Source: Emiliania huxleyi CCMP1516 (taxonomy: Eukaryota). From it: DNA of 64,000 nucleotides. The notes under the pieces were generated by a model that had not been told where the DNA came from, did no database searches, and saw nothing but the letters and a program-made list of their open reading frames with translations. The position numbers and the translations under genes were made by a program. Of the stretch, positions 53,736 to 64,000 are shown one piece after another. The number at the start of each line of letters is the position of its first letter. Positions within the stretch are counted from its first letter, which is position 1. The DNA is taken from NCBI RefSeq assembly GCF_000372725.1, contig NW_005201223.1, forward strand, positions 280,602 through 344,601, written 5' to 3'.

Positions 53736-54117
53736 ACAATCTTCGCAAGATGCTCGTTGAGACGCAGATGGCAGCCGGCATGCACGTGAGCGCCTGAGCG
53801 CTCTGCGCCCGGCTTGCGGCAGAGTTGGAGCTTAGAGCTCGCGCTTAGAGGCGGGTGTCGCGCTAGGCTGCCCTGGGACCCGGCGTTGCCTGTCAATCTC
53901 TGTCTGTCCGTTCACATAGACGCACAACCCCGGGCCCGAAATCGCACAGTCAGGGTGCGAGCTAAAAATTCTTTGCGGACCCCCCTCTCCCGGGTTTGCG
54001 GTGCAGCTCTGCTGCCGCCGCCGCTGCTGCTGACTGCTGCTGCTGACTGCTGCTGACTGCTGCTGCTGACTGCTGCTGACTGCTGCTGCTGACTGCTGCT
54101 GACTGCTGACGCGAAGA

Positions 54118-55627
54118 TGTTCCGTCGCCAGCGCAGCGTGACCGTGCTAGGCGGCCTCACGGCCTGTCTTTCCACCCTCTCTGCGAGGCGTGTCGAAGAT
54201 CTCCGCACGCCTTGCCTCATCTGCTGCCGCGCCACGCTCGAGAAGAACGCGGCAACGATGCGCGAGCGAGCGGCGGCGCTCGGTGTAGCGCTACGGCCGC
54301 ACTTCAAGACTGTCAAGACGCTCGAGGCGGCGGAGATCGCCACGGACGGCGAGAGGCGGCGCATCACCGTGTCCACGCTCGCCGAGGCATCCTTCCTCGC
54401 CGACGGCGGCTTCGACGACATCCTGTACGCGGTGCCGCTGACGCCCGACAAGGTGGACGATGTCCTCGCGCTGCACTCGAGGCTCGAGCGGTTCACCGTG
54501 ATGGTCGACCACGCGGACCAGGTCTCCGCCCTGCTCGCCCGCACCGAGCTGCTGCGTACGCCGCTCCGCGTCGTACTCGGCGTCGATTGTGGGTACCACC
54601 GGGACGGCTGCGACCCGCACGACCCGGCGAGCGTGGCCCTGGTCCGCACGCTGTGCGACGCGGCCGCGGTGCGCTTCGACGGGCTGTACACCCACGGAGG
54701 CCTCTCGTTGCGGCGCGGCGAGCTCCGCCGAGATATTAATTACTAAGTAGTAGTCAGATCATTAATGAATAGGCCACTCGTACGGCGCGGCGAGCTCCGC
54801 CGAGATAGTGGCGGTGGGCGAGGCGGAGCGGGACGTGACCACGCGCTTCGCCGAGTCGCTCCGGGCTTCGGGCATCGAGGTGCCCACCATTGGGGTCGGC
54901 TCGACGCCCACCTGCAGCGTGCCTCCGCCGCACCTCGCTGGCGTGGACGAGTGGCACCCGGGCAACTTCTTGTACTACGACACCTCCCAGGCACACACGC
55001 TGCTCTCCCCGGCTCACCTCGGCTCTCCCCGGCTCACCTCGGCTCACCTCGGCTCTCCCGGCTCGCCCCGGCCCATGACTCGGCCCATGACTCGGCTCAC
55101 CCCCCTTCTAGGTGGCGCTCGGCTCGTGCGGGCTCGAGAGCGTCGCAGTGCGGGTGCCGAAGCGCGTCGTCGGCCAGTTTACTCCGAGAACGAGCCACCA
55201 CCTTTCCGCTGGTTGCTCAACCAGGTGCTCACGCGCGTCGTCGGCCACTACCCAAAATCCAACACGCTGCTGATCGACTGCGGCTGGACCGGCGCGAGCG
55301 CGCAGGGCAAGGAGAGCGGCACGGCTGCGTGCCGCGATCTCGGGCAATCTCGGGTCATCTCGGGTGGTGATTGGCGAATAGGAGAGCGGGTACGGCTGCT
55401 TCCCGCTCAACCCGGAGCTGCGCATCGCCAACCTCAAGCAGGAGTGCGGCGAGGTGACCTCGGTCGACGGCGCGCCGCTCGATTTTCGCCGCTACCCGAT
55501 CGGCGCGCTGCTGAGGATCGCGCCGCACCACTCGTGCGCGAGCACGCACCAGCACCGCAGCGTCAACGTGCTTGGCGCGGATGGCGACACCGTCGTCGAG
55601 GAGTGGAAGATCTGCAAGGGTTGGTGA
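54118..55627 (+). CDS. Fold-type III PLP enzyme, D-serine dehydratase/D-threonine aldolase-like (DSD1 family), 5 exons
   Basis: LRPHFKT (PLP Lys), GYHRDG, YTHGGHSY, GSTPT, HPGNF..YD, LKQE.G, PHHSC; introns 54700-54772, 54991-55111, 55154-55224, 55312-55381. Confidence 0.9.
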
Positions 55628-55884
55628 GGAGCGCTGAGGGCGACGCAGACCTCGTAGTATTCAGAAGTTTCGCCTCTCACCCTCTCTCACTCACACTCTC
55701 CCCACAGTGCACACACAGAGAAACAATGTCGCATAGCACTCGCGAGGCCGAACGATTTGTTGTTTACTGCATGACACGATATTTAATGGAAAGAGGCAAG
55801 CGTCACAAATACGAGTCGGTACTTACCCTACCCGCCCTTGTCCCGAATCCAGCCCTGCCATCATCCGCTTTCACTCTCGGAGAT

Positions 55885-56548
55885 TCAGCGGTCCTTGTAC
55901 GGCGTCAGCGTCCAGACGTCTGTCGCGATCCGCCACGCTGCGCTCCCTCGCGCCTGCTCCAGCCGAAAGTATCCGCGCCCGCACGACCCGCCCGCCGTGC
56001 ACGTCTCAAAGAGGTGGTGGATGACACCCTCACCCTCCCTCTCCGCCCAGAGGGGAGTGAGTTTGACCGCCGCAGGAGTGGGCGAAGATGCCTCTGCGGC
56101 GGCAAAATCTGCAGCCGGCTCGAGCCGATCCGCAGAGGCGGTGATCACACGCCCGCCAGGCGTATAGAGCCGAGAGAGCGCGGCGGTCCCGTGAGCAGCG
56201 GTCCAGTCAGCGTCCACCTTGGCTGCAATCTCGAGAGGCGTGGGCAGAGTGGCGGCGCCGGCGGCGGCCGGGAAGATGGCAGCGACGGCGTAGAAGAAGG
56301 CAATGAAGCCGGCGATTGTCCCGAAGAATCGCGCATAGTCCAACGCGCCCATCGGCTCATCGTCGCCATTCCCTGCCATGTCGCGCTGCTCTGTGACAGC
56401 TTCCTCATCGGCGCTCGAGCATACGGCAAAGGTGCGAAGTCGGCATGCATCGGTAAATACACGTGGGTTTGCGATACTCCCACCGTGACTGAAGAGGGTG
56501 GGCCGCAACGAGCAGCTGAGCGTGCAGAGGACAAGAGCCATGTGCATG
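55885..56548 (-). CDS. Hypothetical protein with presequence, hydrophobic helix and possible SnoaL/NTF2-like domain
   Basis: Ser/Arg-rich N-terminus, TM-like FFGTIAGFIAFFYAVAAIF, then LYTPGGRVI...WRIATDVW. Confidence 0.5.
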
Positions 56549-57122
56549 ACTATGCCGGATAGGAGCAGAAAAGAAAACATACCGGCTGTTTTCTTTTGTG
56601 TCTTTCTTCCGTCTTTTTTTCTTTCTTTTTGACATTGGTATTGCTAAAAATTGTGTTCTTTTTCCGTAGCTTGTTGTTTGTTGTTCTTTATTTTCTTTCG
56701 TTTACGTACTTTTAGCTTACTGCAGCTTACTGGAGAAAAGGGAGGTGGGTGACGTGCGCAGGATACGTTCTCTCGTGCCGGGATTACCGGGAGTTCTTCT
56801 CTTCTTTACGTCCGGCCCGGGGCGTGCGGTTATTTTAATGCCCGCACTCCAAAGTGCTCCAAGTGCGCCGGACATTGAGTAACACCATGAGAGCCGCCGA
56901 AGACCGCATACAAACACTGCAGCTCTCTCCGCGCCCACACGCCCACTCTGGGACACGTGGTCGTGGGACGAAAGTACAAAGGAAACATCTAATCCTACAT
57001 ATCGCTAGGCATATCGCTCCTGTCTCGCGTGCGGTGCCCAACATGCGAGTGCGGCTCACTCTCAAGCACACTCACGCCTGCACACGCTCCGCCTGCTCTG
57101 CCTGTATCTCAACGTGGTGTTC

Positions 57123-58161
57123 GCTAGTGGCCGTAATCTCCCCATGCGCCGTCAGGGAAGCGCGACGCCACCGCCGTGTGCAGCTCGCGCGTCCAGTACG
57201 GGTGGCCCGGCGGCGGCACTCCCAGCCCTGTTCGCCGCGTCCTTAACCTGGTCTACGCGCGGAGCGACGTCCGGCACATCACCGCGTGGAACTGCCGCCT
57301 CTGCCTGCCAGAGGACGGCAGCGAGCCGCGAGAGCGGGCGGTTGCGCGAGCAGCCGAGTTCGGGTTCTGCCGGAGTATGTATTTTGGAGCTGAGGACGAG
57401 CTCAACCGCGCCTCAGTCGCCCGCAAGAGCCGTCCTCCTGGCTTCAGCGGCGCGCCGCGGTGCCACGTGTCGAGGCGGTAAAGCAGCAGCGTGCCTGGCC
57501 TGTACTGCACGGCAGCTTCGCGCGCGTAGAGCGCGGCGCGAAAGCGGGCCGTCTCCGGATCGCGCTGCTGGAAGTACCTCTCGGCCGCAGTGCGGTCGTT
57601 CACCCAAGGTACTCCCCCGACGCCAGGCATGCGCGTGTAAGGCCACGCGTAGGCGGCATCCGAGGGCCCGTTCCTAGGCACCTACCTGGTGGCACCTCCG
57701 CACTCCTCCTCGTGGTCGAAGTAGAGGATGGCCGCGACCGCCTCTGGCGAGTCCCACGGCGCCGGGTGGGTGAGGTAGTGATTGGGGTAGTCCATGTGCA
57801 TCCTCTGGTCGCTGTTGGAGTAAGAGAGCTTGGGGTCGGGCAGCCACGATGGCGCCGGAGACTTGCTCCACGCCTCGCTCTGCAGGAGCGTCAGGCTGCC
57901 CGTGCCGAGCAGCTGGCGGACGGCCGAGCGCGGCCTCCGATGGGTCGAAATCTTGTTGAGCGCGTCGGACGAGGACGGGAGCATCAGCCCACGAGTGAGT
58001 GGCCCTGGCGGCGTGGCAGCCATCTCCTCCTGTGCGGCTGAGACCAGCTCCTCGGGCACCAAGCCTTGCACGAGCACAAACCCCTGATCGCGCCACGAAC
58101 TCACTTGCTGAGGCGAGAGCGGCGCCTCATCGTCCGGCAGCGCTTCTGTCGGACTGATCAT
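57123..58161 (-). pseudogene. PhyH-like 2OG-Fe(II) dioxygenase with in-frame TAG (57682-57684) and inverted segment 57226-57436
   Basis: WRDQGFV, HMDY (HxD), WHRG, and C-terminal LGVPPPGHPYWT on the minus strand; the intervening RRVLNLVY...GFCRSMY segment is on the plus strand. Confidence 0.8.
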
Positions 58162-58375
58162 CGGCGGCCCAGGTCGCTTGGCCGTGGGCAACGAGCTTTG
58201 GGCTTCACGGACTGGCGATCAGCGATCTAGAGCATGAGAAGATGGGCCTCGGCTGTTTTTTCTTCTTCTTGAAGGCGATCCTCACCGTGTCGCGATGCGC
58301 TCACCGTTCCCGTTCCCCTGTGCCCCTGATCGTCCTTCCAAGCAAGATAGATAGATCTACCTCCCTGCTCGTTCG

Positions 58376-59658
58376 TTGAGCACTTGAGCACTGGATAGGG
58401 TCGATTCCGCGTGGTACGGGACCCCTCGATCGTCTCACCCTCCCTCACTGGTGTGTTCATCGGGGGGGGGTCATAACAACTACGGTACAGGATCGAGGTG
58501 CACGCTGCCGAAGCAGTGTCGTCCCCCCTCTCCCCGACGGCGATAGCGGTGTGACCGATCGAGCTACAAGAGGAACTTGGTCAGCATGATCAGGGTGGGC
58601 CGAGCAGTCCCTCACTTCCTCAATGGGTGAGCTTCAGACCTCGGACGGTTCTCCCCCTCACCTTCGGCTCACGTGGATTCGAACCACCGCCGGTATGGGG
58701 AAGCTTCCTGCTTCCATCTTGAGAGACAGCGCCACACATTACCTGCATCGGAGCACCAAGGGTAGTGGAGGGCTGGGGTACCTCTGTTGCGCGAAGGAGG
58801 CGCGCGCGGGGGGGGGGGGGGGGGGGGGCCGGGCAGGGCAGGGCGGGGCGGGGCGAGGCGGGGCGGGGCGGTTTCAGCCGGGCGGTTAAATCTTTCTGCT
58901 TCTCCCATCCGCCATCCCGCTCGAAGAATGGAACGCTGATCATCCTCCAGCCGGCCGCCGCGAGGAGGCGCGCCGCTTGAGCAGCGTGGACCTGCTGTGT
59001 TTGCCCAGACCCCCCGGCCGTCGGGCAGCAGGAAGTAACGGGCCGTCCACCTCGAGGTCGAGCGAGTAGCCGGTGCGCGGCTCGTAGTCGTTCTGCTGTG
59101 TGGCACGGCGGAGGAGCTCGCGCGCGTCGTGCTCGCAGGCTTCCTCCTAGCGAACGTCCTAGCGAGCGAAGCACAAGCTTGCAGAGCACAAGCTTGCGCG
59201 CCTCACGTCCTCGCAGAAGCAGACAACATGTCATCCTTCGCGTCAGCCGCCTCCTGGCCATCGCTGTGCCGTGTTAACGGCGAAGAGGTTTGTTCGATGT
59301 CGACAATGTAGGGTCGTTTCGGGTCGTCCCGAGACGGTAATCGTATGCGATCCCAGGACCGTGCATCTGCAGAGAGCGTTCGAGAGTCTCCCGAACCCGA
59401 TCATGCCGGTCCGTGAGGGCGAGTCTTTGGTCCGAGGCGAGTGAAGTTCCATAGGATACTTGAGTCGAGACGATGGAGAGGGGGGGCGACACTGCTTCAG
59501 CAGCGTGCACCTCGATCCTGTACCGTGTTTCTTGCCGTGTTTGTTATGACCCCCCAATGAACACACACCAGCGAGGGAGGGCGAGACGATCGGCGAGGGG
59601 TCCCGTACCCTAGCCCGTACCATGCAGAATCGACCCTATCCCAGTGCTCAGTGCTCAG
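58376..59658. mobile_element. Non-autonomous TIR element (about 160-bp TIRs) carrying a decayed RAP-domain fragment
   Basis: 58376-58533 is the reverse complement of 59474-59658, with small indels. Confidence 0.85.
58905..59090 (-). pseudogene. RAP-domain gene fragment
   Basis: EPRTGYSLDL-EVDGP / YFLLPDGRG / STLLKRR / LLAAAGWRMISVPFFE across frameshifts. Confidence 0.7.
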
Positions 59659-59936
59659 TTGAGGCTATCGCCGGCGCCCCGCTGCCTCTGCCACCGCCGG
59701 CGCCGCTGCCACTGCCGTCTCCGCCGGAGACGCACGCAGACGCCGGCGTCATATCCTCTACACGCACTTTTTATGATGGCGCAAAAAAGGCGCGAAGCAG
59801 CCAGACTGCTTGGACGCTGTTGGCTGCTAGGTTGAGGGGCGCCTGATAAGATGGGAAGTGTGCAAAACAAGTATAAAGTGGGGCGACTGGGGGGGGGGGG
59901 GCAGGACACCCCCCTCTCGCACACGAGACACCCCCT

Positions 59937-60165
59937 AGACACCCCCCCTATCCCAGTGCTCTACGCTATCCCACCCCCCTCTACGCACTGAGACACCCCC
60001 CTATCCCAGTGCTCTACGCTATCCCACCCCCCTCTACGCACTGAGACACCCCCCTATCCCAGTGCTCTACGCTATCCCACCCCCCTCTACGCACTGAGAC
60101 ACCCCCCTATCCCAGTGCTCTACGCTATCCCACCCCCCTCTACGCACTGAGACACCCCCCTCTAC
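59937..60165. repeat. 53-bp minisatellite, about 4.3 copies
   Basis: tatcccagtgctc at 59949, 60002, 60055 and 60108. Confidence 0.95.
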
Positions 60166-60225
60166 GCTGACACCCCCCTCGTGGCAAAAGCGGAACGTTG
60201 CCACCTCGATCCGTGCGCCGCCGTG

Positions 60226-61920
60226 CTACGGGGCATCGGTGGGACAGGGTGCGTATCCGACGCCCTCGTCGTCCTCTGCGGTTGCGGCACGGAGCCCGAC
60301 GGCTCTCGCCATGAGGGCAAAGCCGACGGCAGAGGGCGCGAAGACACAGGGAAGAGAGAAGCGGGGGTGGAAGGCGGCGACGTTGCCGGAGAGCCTCGCG
60401 CCGCAGCCGAGGTCCGCGCAGGTCAGCACCAGGTATAGCACGACCGCGCGCAGCCGGTGCTGGTATGCGACGCCGCGCTGCGCGCCGATGCCCGCCCCAA
60501 CCACCACGCAGGCGGCGGCCACAGGCAGCGGGGAGCTCGAGCTGGCGCGAATCGCCTCGTCAACCTCGGCCGGGTGACCAGGTCCGCCTCTGCCGGCACA
60601 CCCACGCTGCCGAGCGCCTAGAGCGTTCGCGAGCCGACGCGTAATGGAGTCATCGAGCGACAAGCGCGCGCCACGGCCGAGCGCCTTGACGCCGTCGGGA
60701 ACGGCACCGCGCATGACGAAGAGGGAAGCGTTGTAGAGCAGGTCTCCGGGTACGGTGTGGACGACGGTGCGGTGCGGCACGGAATGGCGCGCAGGCCGGA
60801 CGCCCATGACGGAAGAGAGCGTCCGTCGCCTGCCGTACGTCTCCTGCCGTAGGTTGGAGAGGTCCGTCTCCATCGCGCTGTAGGTCGGGTAGTCCTGGAT
60901 GTAGAGCAAGATCGAGGAGCTCTCGTCCACATCGCCTTCCATGTCGTGGGAGCCCGCAAAAGACAGCTGCTGGCTCCACGCGTTGGCGACGCCGTCGCTC
61001 CCCAGCGTAGCAATCGCCTGTCTATTGTATCCATACAGCTGTCCAACCAAGCTCCCCATCGATCCGCGCATCATGCTTGCGCTAAGGCACGGGTTGCTCT
61101 GGAGACAAGGGTTCTTGGTGACCCCGTGGATCACGGCCGATGGGGTATAATTGACTCCGTGCAACATTGAGGTTCCGACAGTCGAATCCTCCTCCACGCC
61201 TTGGGGGTCATCGCCCAACACTGCATCGCAGCATTGGCATGTGTCATCGACTGTGTCCGTAGTCCATGATGCATCAACGTTGATGGGGTAGTCCCAGGTT
61301 CCCGAGGTTGCATCCTGCTGCCCAGCGGCGGGTCCAGGACCGGTCGCGACAGGATCCTCGGGGGTCATCGTGGGGGGCGACGGCGGTGGTGGCGTCGGAG
61401 GCGGCGGTGTGGGGGGCGGCTCCGTCGGAGGCGGCGGTGTGGGGGGCGGCACCGACGGAGGCGGCGGCGACGGCGAGGCCGACGGCGGCGGCGGGGAGGG
61501 CGACATTGACGGAGGCGGCGTGGAAGGTGGCACAGACAGTGGTGCGGAGGGTGGGGTGGAGGGCGGGGTGGAGGGCGGAACGAAGGGTGGCGTGGAGGGT
61601 GGCGTAGATGGTGGCTCAGCGGGCGGCTTGGAGGGTGGCGTGGAGGGTGACTGAGAGGGGCGGTGGTGGCGTCGGTGGCGGCGGTGACGGGGGCGGCACC
61701 GATGGCGGCGGGGACACGGAGCACTCGGTGCAGCCAGAGCAGCCGTTCCAGCTGCAGAGTATATGCCACGGGTCCGTCTTGACCGCACAAAACGGCTTGC
61801 ACGCATTGCACACGTCCCCGCAGGCCGAGCAGCCGTTCCATGAGCACTTTACCGACCATGGTTGCACTCGGCGCCGCACTCGGAGCAGCCGTTTGAAGAG
61901 CGCGTGCTGCAGCAATAGGT
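60226..61920 (-). CDS. Pro/Ser/Thr-rich probable surface protein with Cys/Trp modules; 5' end lost in gap, frame shift near 61655
   Basis: KCSWNGCSAC and CKPFC...PW...CSWNGCSGCTEC modules, then (PPS/TP)n stalk and a globular region. Confidence 0.55.
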
Positions 61921-61955
61921 CCCCCGCGGGGAGATAGGACCCCCCCCCCCCCTCA

Positions 61956-62055
61956 NNNNNNNNNNNNNNNNNNNNNNNNNNNNNNNNNNNNNNNNNNNNN
62001 NNNNNNNNNNNNNNNNNNNNNNNNNNNNNNNNNNNNNNNNNNNNNNNNNNNNNNN
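61956..62055. other. Assembly gap (100 N)
   Basis: Run of n. Confidence 1.
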
Positions 62056-62199
62056 CCGGGGGCGGCACGCCGCAGGCGGGGCGGCATGCCGCGGCTCAGC
62101 TTCAGGTGAGTTCATCTTGCCGGCGGTACCCGACGCTGCTCGAACGGCAAGTTGTCGACCGCCGGCAGTTGACCGGCAAGATGAAGTCCACCGCGCTCG

Positions 62200-62428
62200 T
62201 AAAAAATAACTTCGGAACCGCTTTGCCAAGGCGCACAATAGTCAGACTGACAGCATTTTCCAGATGCATCATCCTGGGCCGCTGGAAAATGCTCTCAACC
62301 CCGTACCCTCTGCGTGACCGTCTGCCGGTCCCCATTTATTTCTGGCTGCCGAGGATGCCACAACTGGAAAACACTGTCAGTCTGACTATTGTGCGCCTTG
62401 GCGAGGCGGTCCCGGTGGTATTTTTTTA
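62200..62428. mobile_element. Palindromic MITE-like element
   Basis: 62200-62290 versus 62337-62428 inverted, including a perfect 29-bp gccaaggcgcacaatagtcagactgacag stem. Confidence 0.75.
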
Positions 62429-62881
62429 GAGCTGGTTCGGCATGCACGAGCGCGTGGGTGTGTGTGAGCACCGCGGGTCTTTTTTGCGATCCGGGGTCTT
62501 GTGCTTGTGCGTGATGCTGTGTGGCATGTGGTCGTCTGCAGTCAGTATAGACATGATAGGGGTGGACTATAGGTCCGGTAGGTCAATTGATCTCACTTAG
62601 TCGCATCGTGGGGAGCTCATCCCGGGCCGTCGCAGCCCGGCGCGCATCGGGTCTTTTTTGCGAAGCTGTAGCCTCTATAAGTACTCCGATGTTTTACTGC
62701 GTGATTTCTTTTCGCTGAGCGCATGCAACTAGAAATCAGCTCATCTTCCTCGTATCATTGTAGCCAATCGCATTTCATCCCCCACACACCCGTGTCAACA
62801 CGCTCATATAACATACAATAACATCGCGTGCACATTCGCGTTCGCATTCGCATGGAAGCAGCCGTCTCATTCGACTGATCC

Positions 62882-63385
62882 CTATGGCCCGTCGATTGCA
62901 GCTGTAAGGGCCCGAACGGCCTGCGAGATCTTCTCCAGCCTTCCCACCTTTTCGCGCAGCTCCGCGTTCTCGGCGGCGAGTCGCTCCTCCTCCGCCGACC
63001 GCTGCCCTGCTGGCGCCGGCACTATCGCGAGCTCGGAGGCCGGCGCTGCCATCTCCAAGTCGACCAGATCGCTCGCTCCGTCGCCAGCAGCCAGAGACGG
63101 CTCCGTCTCCCCCAGGCACTCTCCCTGCCTGCAGCTCGAGTTGGACGCGCGCATCGCCTCCAGCTCCGCAAGCGCCCTGTTCAGCGCCTCCTTCTGCTCT
63201 TGGAACACCGCAGCGGGCGGCGGGACCTTCTCCAGGCACGTGAGCGCAGTCCTGATGATCGAGTTGCTCGCTCGCTTCGGCGCTCCCTCCGTCGAGAAGA
63301 ACGCAGCCACCTCCTTCGCCGTGACCGTCCCCACTCGCGTGCCAGAGCTGCGCTCCTGCCGCAGCGACAGGGCGTACGCAAACAC
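62882..63385 (-). CDS. Hypothetical coiled-coil protein (possibly partial)
   Basis: QEQKEALNRALAELEAM and EEERLAAENAELREKVGRLEKI heptads; no ATG start. Confidence 0.4.
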   Translation of the reverse strand: MFAYALSLRQERSSGTRVGTVTAKEVAAFFSTEGAPKRASNSIIRTALTCLEKVPPPAAVFQEQKEALNRALAELEAMRASNSSCRQGECLGETEPSLAAGDGASDLVDLEMAAPASELAIVPAPAGQRSAEEERLAAENAELREKVGRLEKISQAVRALTAAIDGP

Positions 63386-63486
63386 TCCCTCTGGAGTGAA
63401 TTCGCAGCTAGCCTCAGGTGATACGCCTCAGGTGAACCTCAGGTGATACGCCAGGTAGCACACCGGGCACATGAAGGCACCGTACG

Positions 63487-64000
63487 GTGTCATCGTACGG
63501 AATTCTTGCCATGAAAGCGGTTGAAATCGATTACAAATATATTAAACTAAAAGACTATTCAGCGTACCTTAAAAAACACTATGCACGAATTCGTTCAATC
63601 GCCTTCGTCGGTACCAACGCGAGAATTGAAGTAGTTAAAGCGACAAGCAAACACTACAACAGGGTTCATTTGGGAGTCAACATTCTCAGCTGGAGCAAAC
63701 TAATCATGGATCGATTGCACTTCGCCGCTGAGGCATGCAACGCTACACCGCTCTACGGAGACACTGATTCATTCTTCTTTGTTGATGAAGACGGTAAAAG
63801 AGACGAATTGATAGCTATGTACGCACAAATGAACGACGGAAAACAACTAATTGGTAAAGGACTTGGAAAATTCGATTGGGAGTTGGAGATGAAAGGGTAT
63901 CACGTACAAGACGGTCGTTGCAGCGTGCAATAAAAGCTTTCAAGGCGATCCTCTAAAAATGTACAAACGACTATACGACGGCTTACCAGTAGTAGTAGAC
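63487..64000 (+). pseudogene. Decayed family B DNA polymerase fragment, protein-primed Polinton/PLV-like
   Basis: SYG (end of motif B), HLGVNILSWSK.IM, YGDTDS (motif C), GKGLGKF; AT-rich relative to host; frameshift after MKG. Confidence 0.8.

Noticed and set aside
58665..58760. GGTTCGAATCC on the minus strand
   Set aside because: Only a 4-bp T-stem and no cloverleaf upstream.
59937..60165. CRISPR-like regular repeats
   Set aside because: Units are contiguous and identical with no unique spacers; no cas genes; eukaryotic context.

Overview
Eukaryotic, very GC-rich, repeat-rich nuclear DNA with short introns (many with GC donors), CT/GA/CCG microsatellites and one 100-N gap. Gene content and style fit a haptophyte alga such as Emiliania (Gephyrocapsa) huxleyi; this is inferred, not verified. 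About 22 genes are visible. They include a small Tim chaperone, an ankyrin gene, an SV2-like MFS transporter, an RRM protein, GH20 hexosaminidase, a ChrR-like cupin, a COG0523/CobW GTPase, a DUF707-like protein, a DHHC acyltransferase, a Dbf4-M-like protein, a tandem COG4337 iota-carbonic anhydrase, PP2C, Lhcx, GT47, an IQ protein, a fold-III PLP D-amino-acid enzyme and a PhyH-like dioxygenase. These are interleaved with two LINE fragments, several TIR/MITE/foldback elements and a decayed Polinton-like DNA polymerase B. Most striking: (1) about ten introns in six genes begin with a degenerate copy of the start of the next exon, suggesting intron birth or remodelling by local tandem duplication; (2) the PhyH gene has a 211-bp internal segment on the opposite strand, and re-inverting it restores the reading frame at both junctions; (3) a TIR element carries a captured RAP-domain fragment; (4) a LINE with a 15-bp TSD sits inside a TAACCC-rich inverted-repeat element. 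All exon boundaries were inferred by eye.
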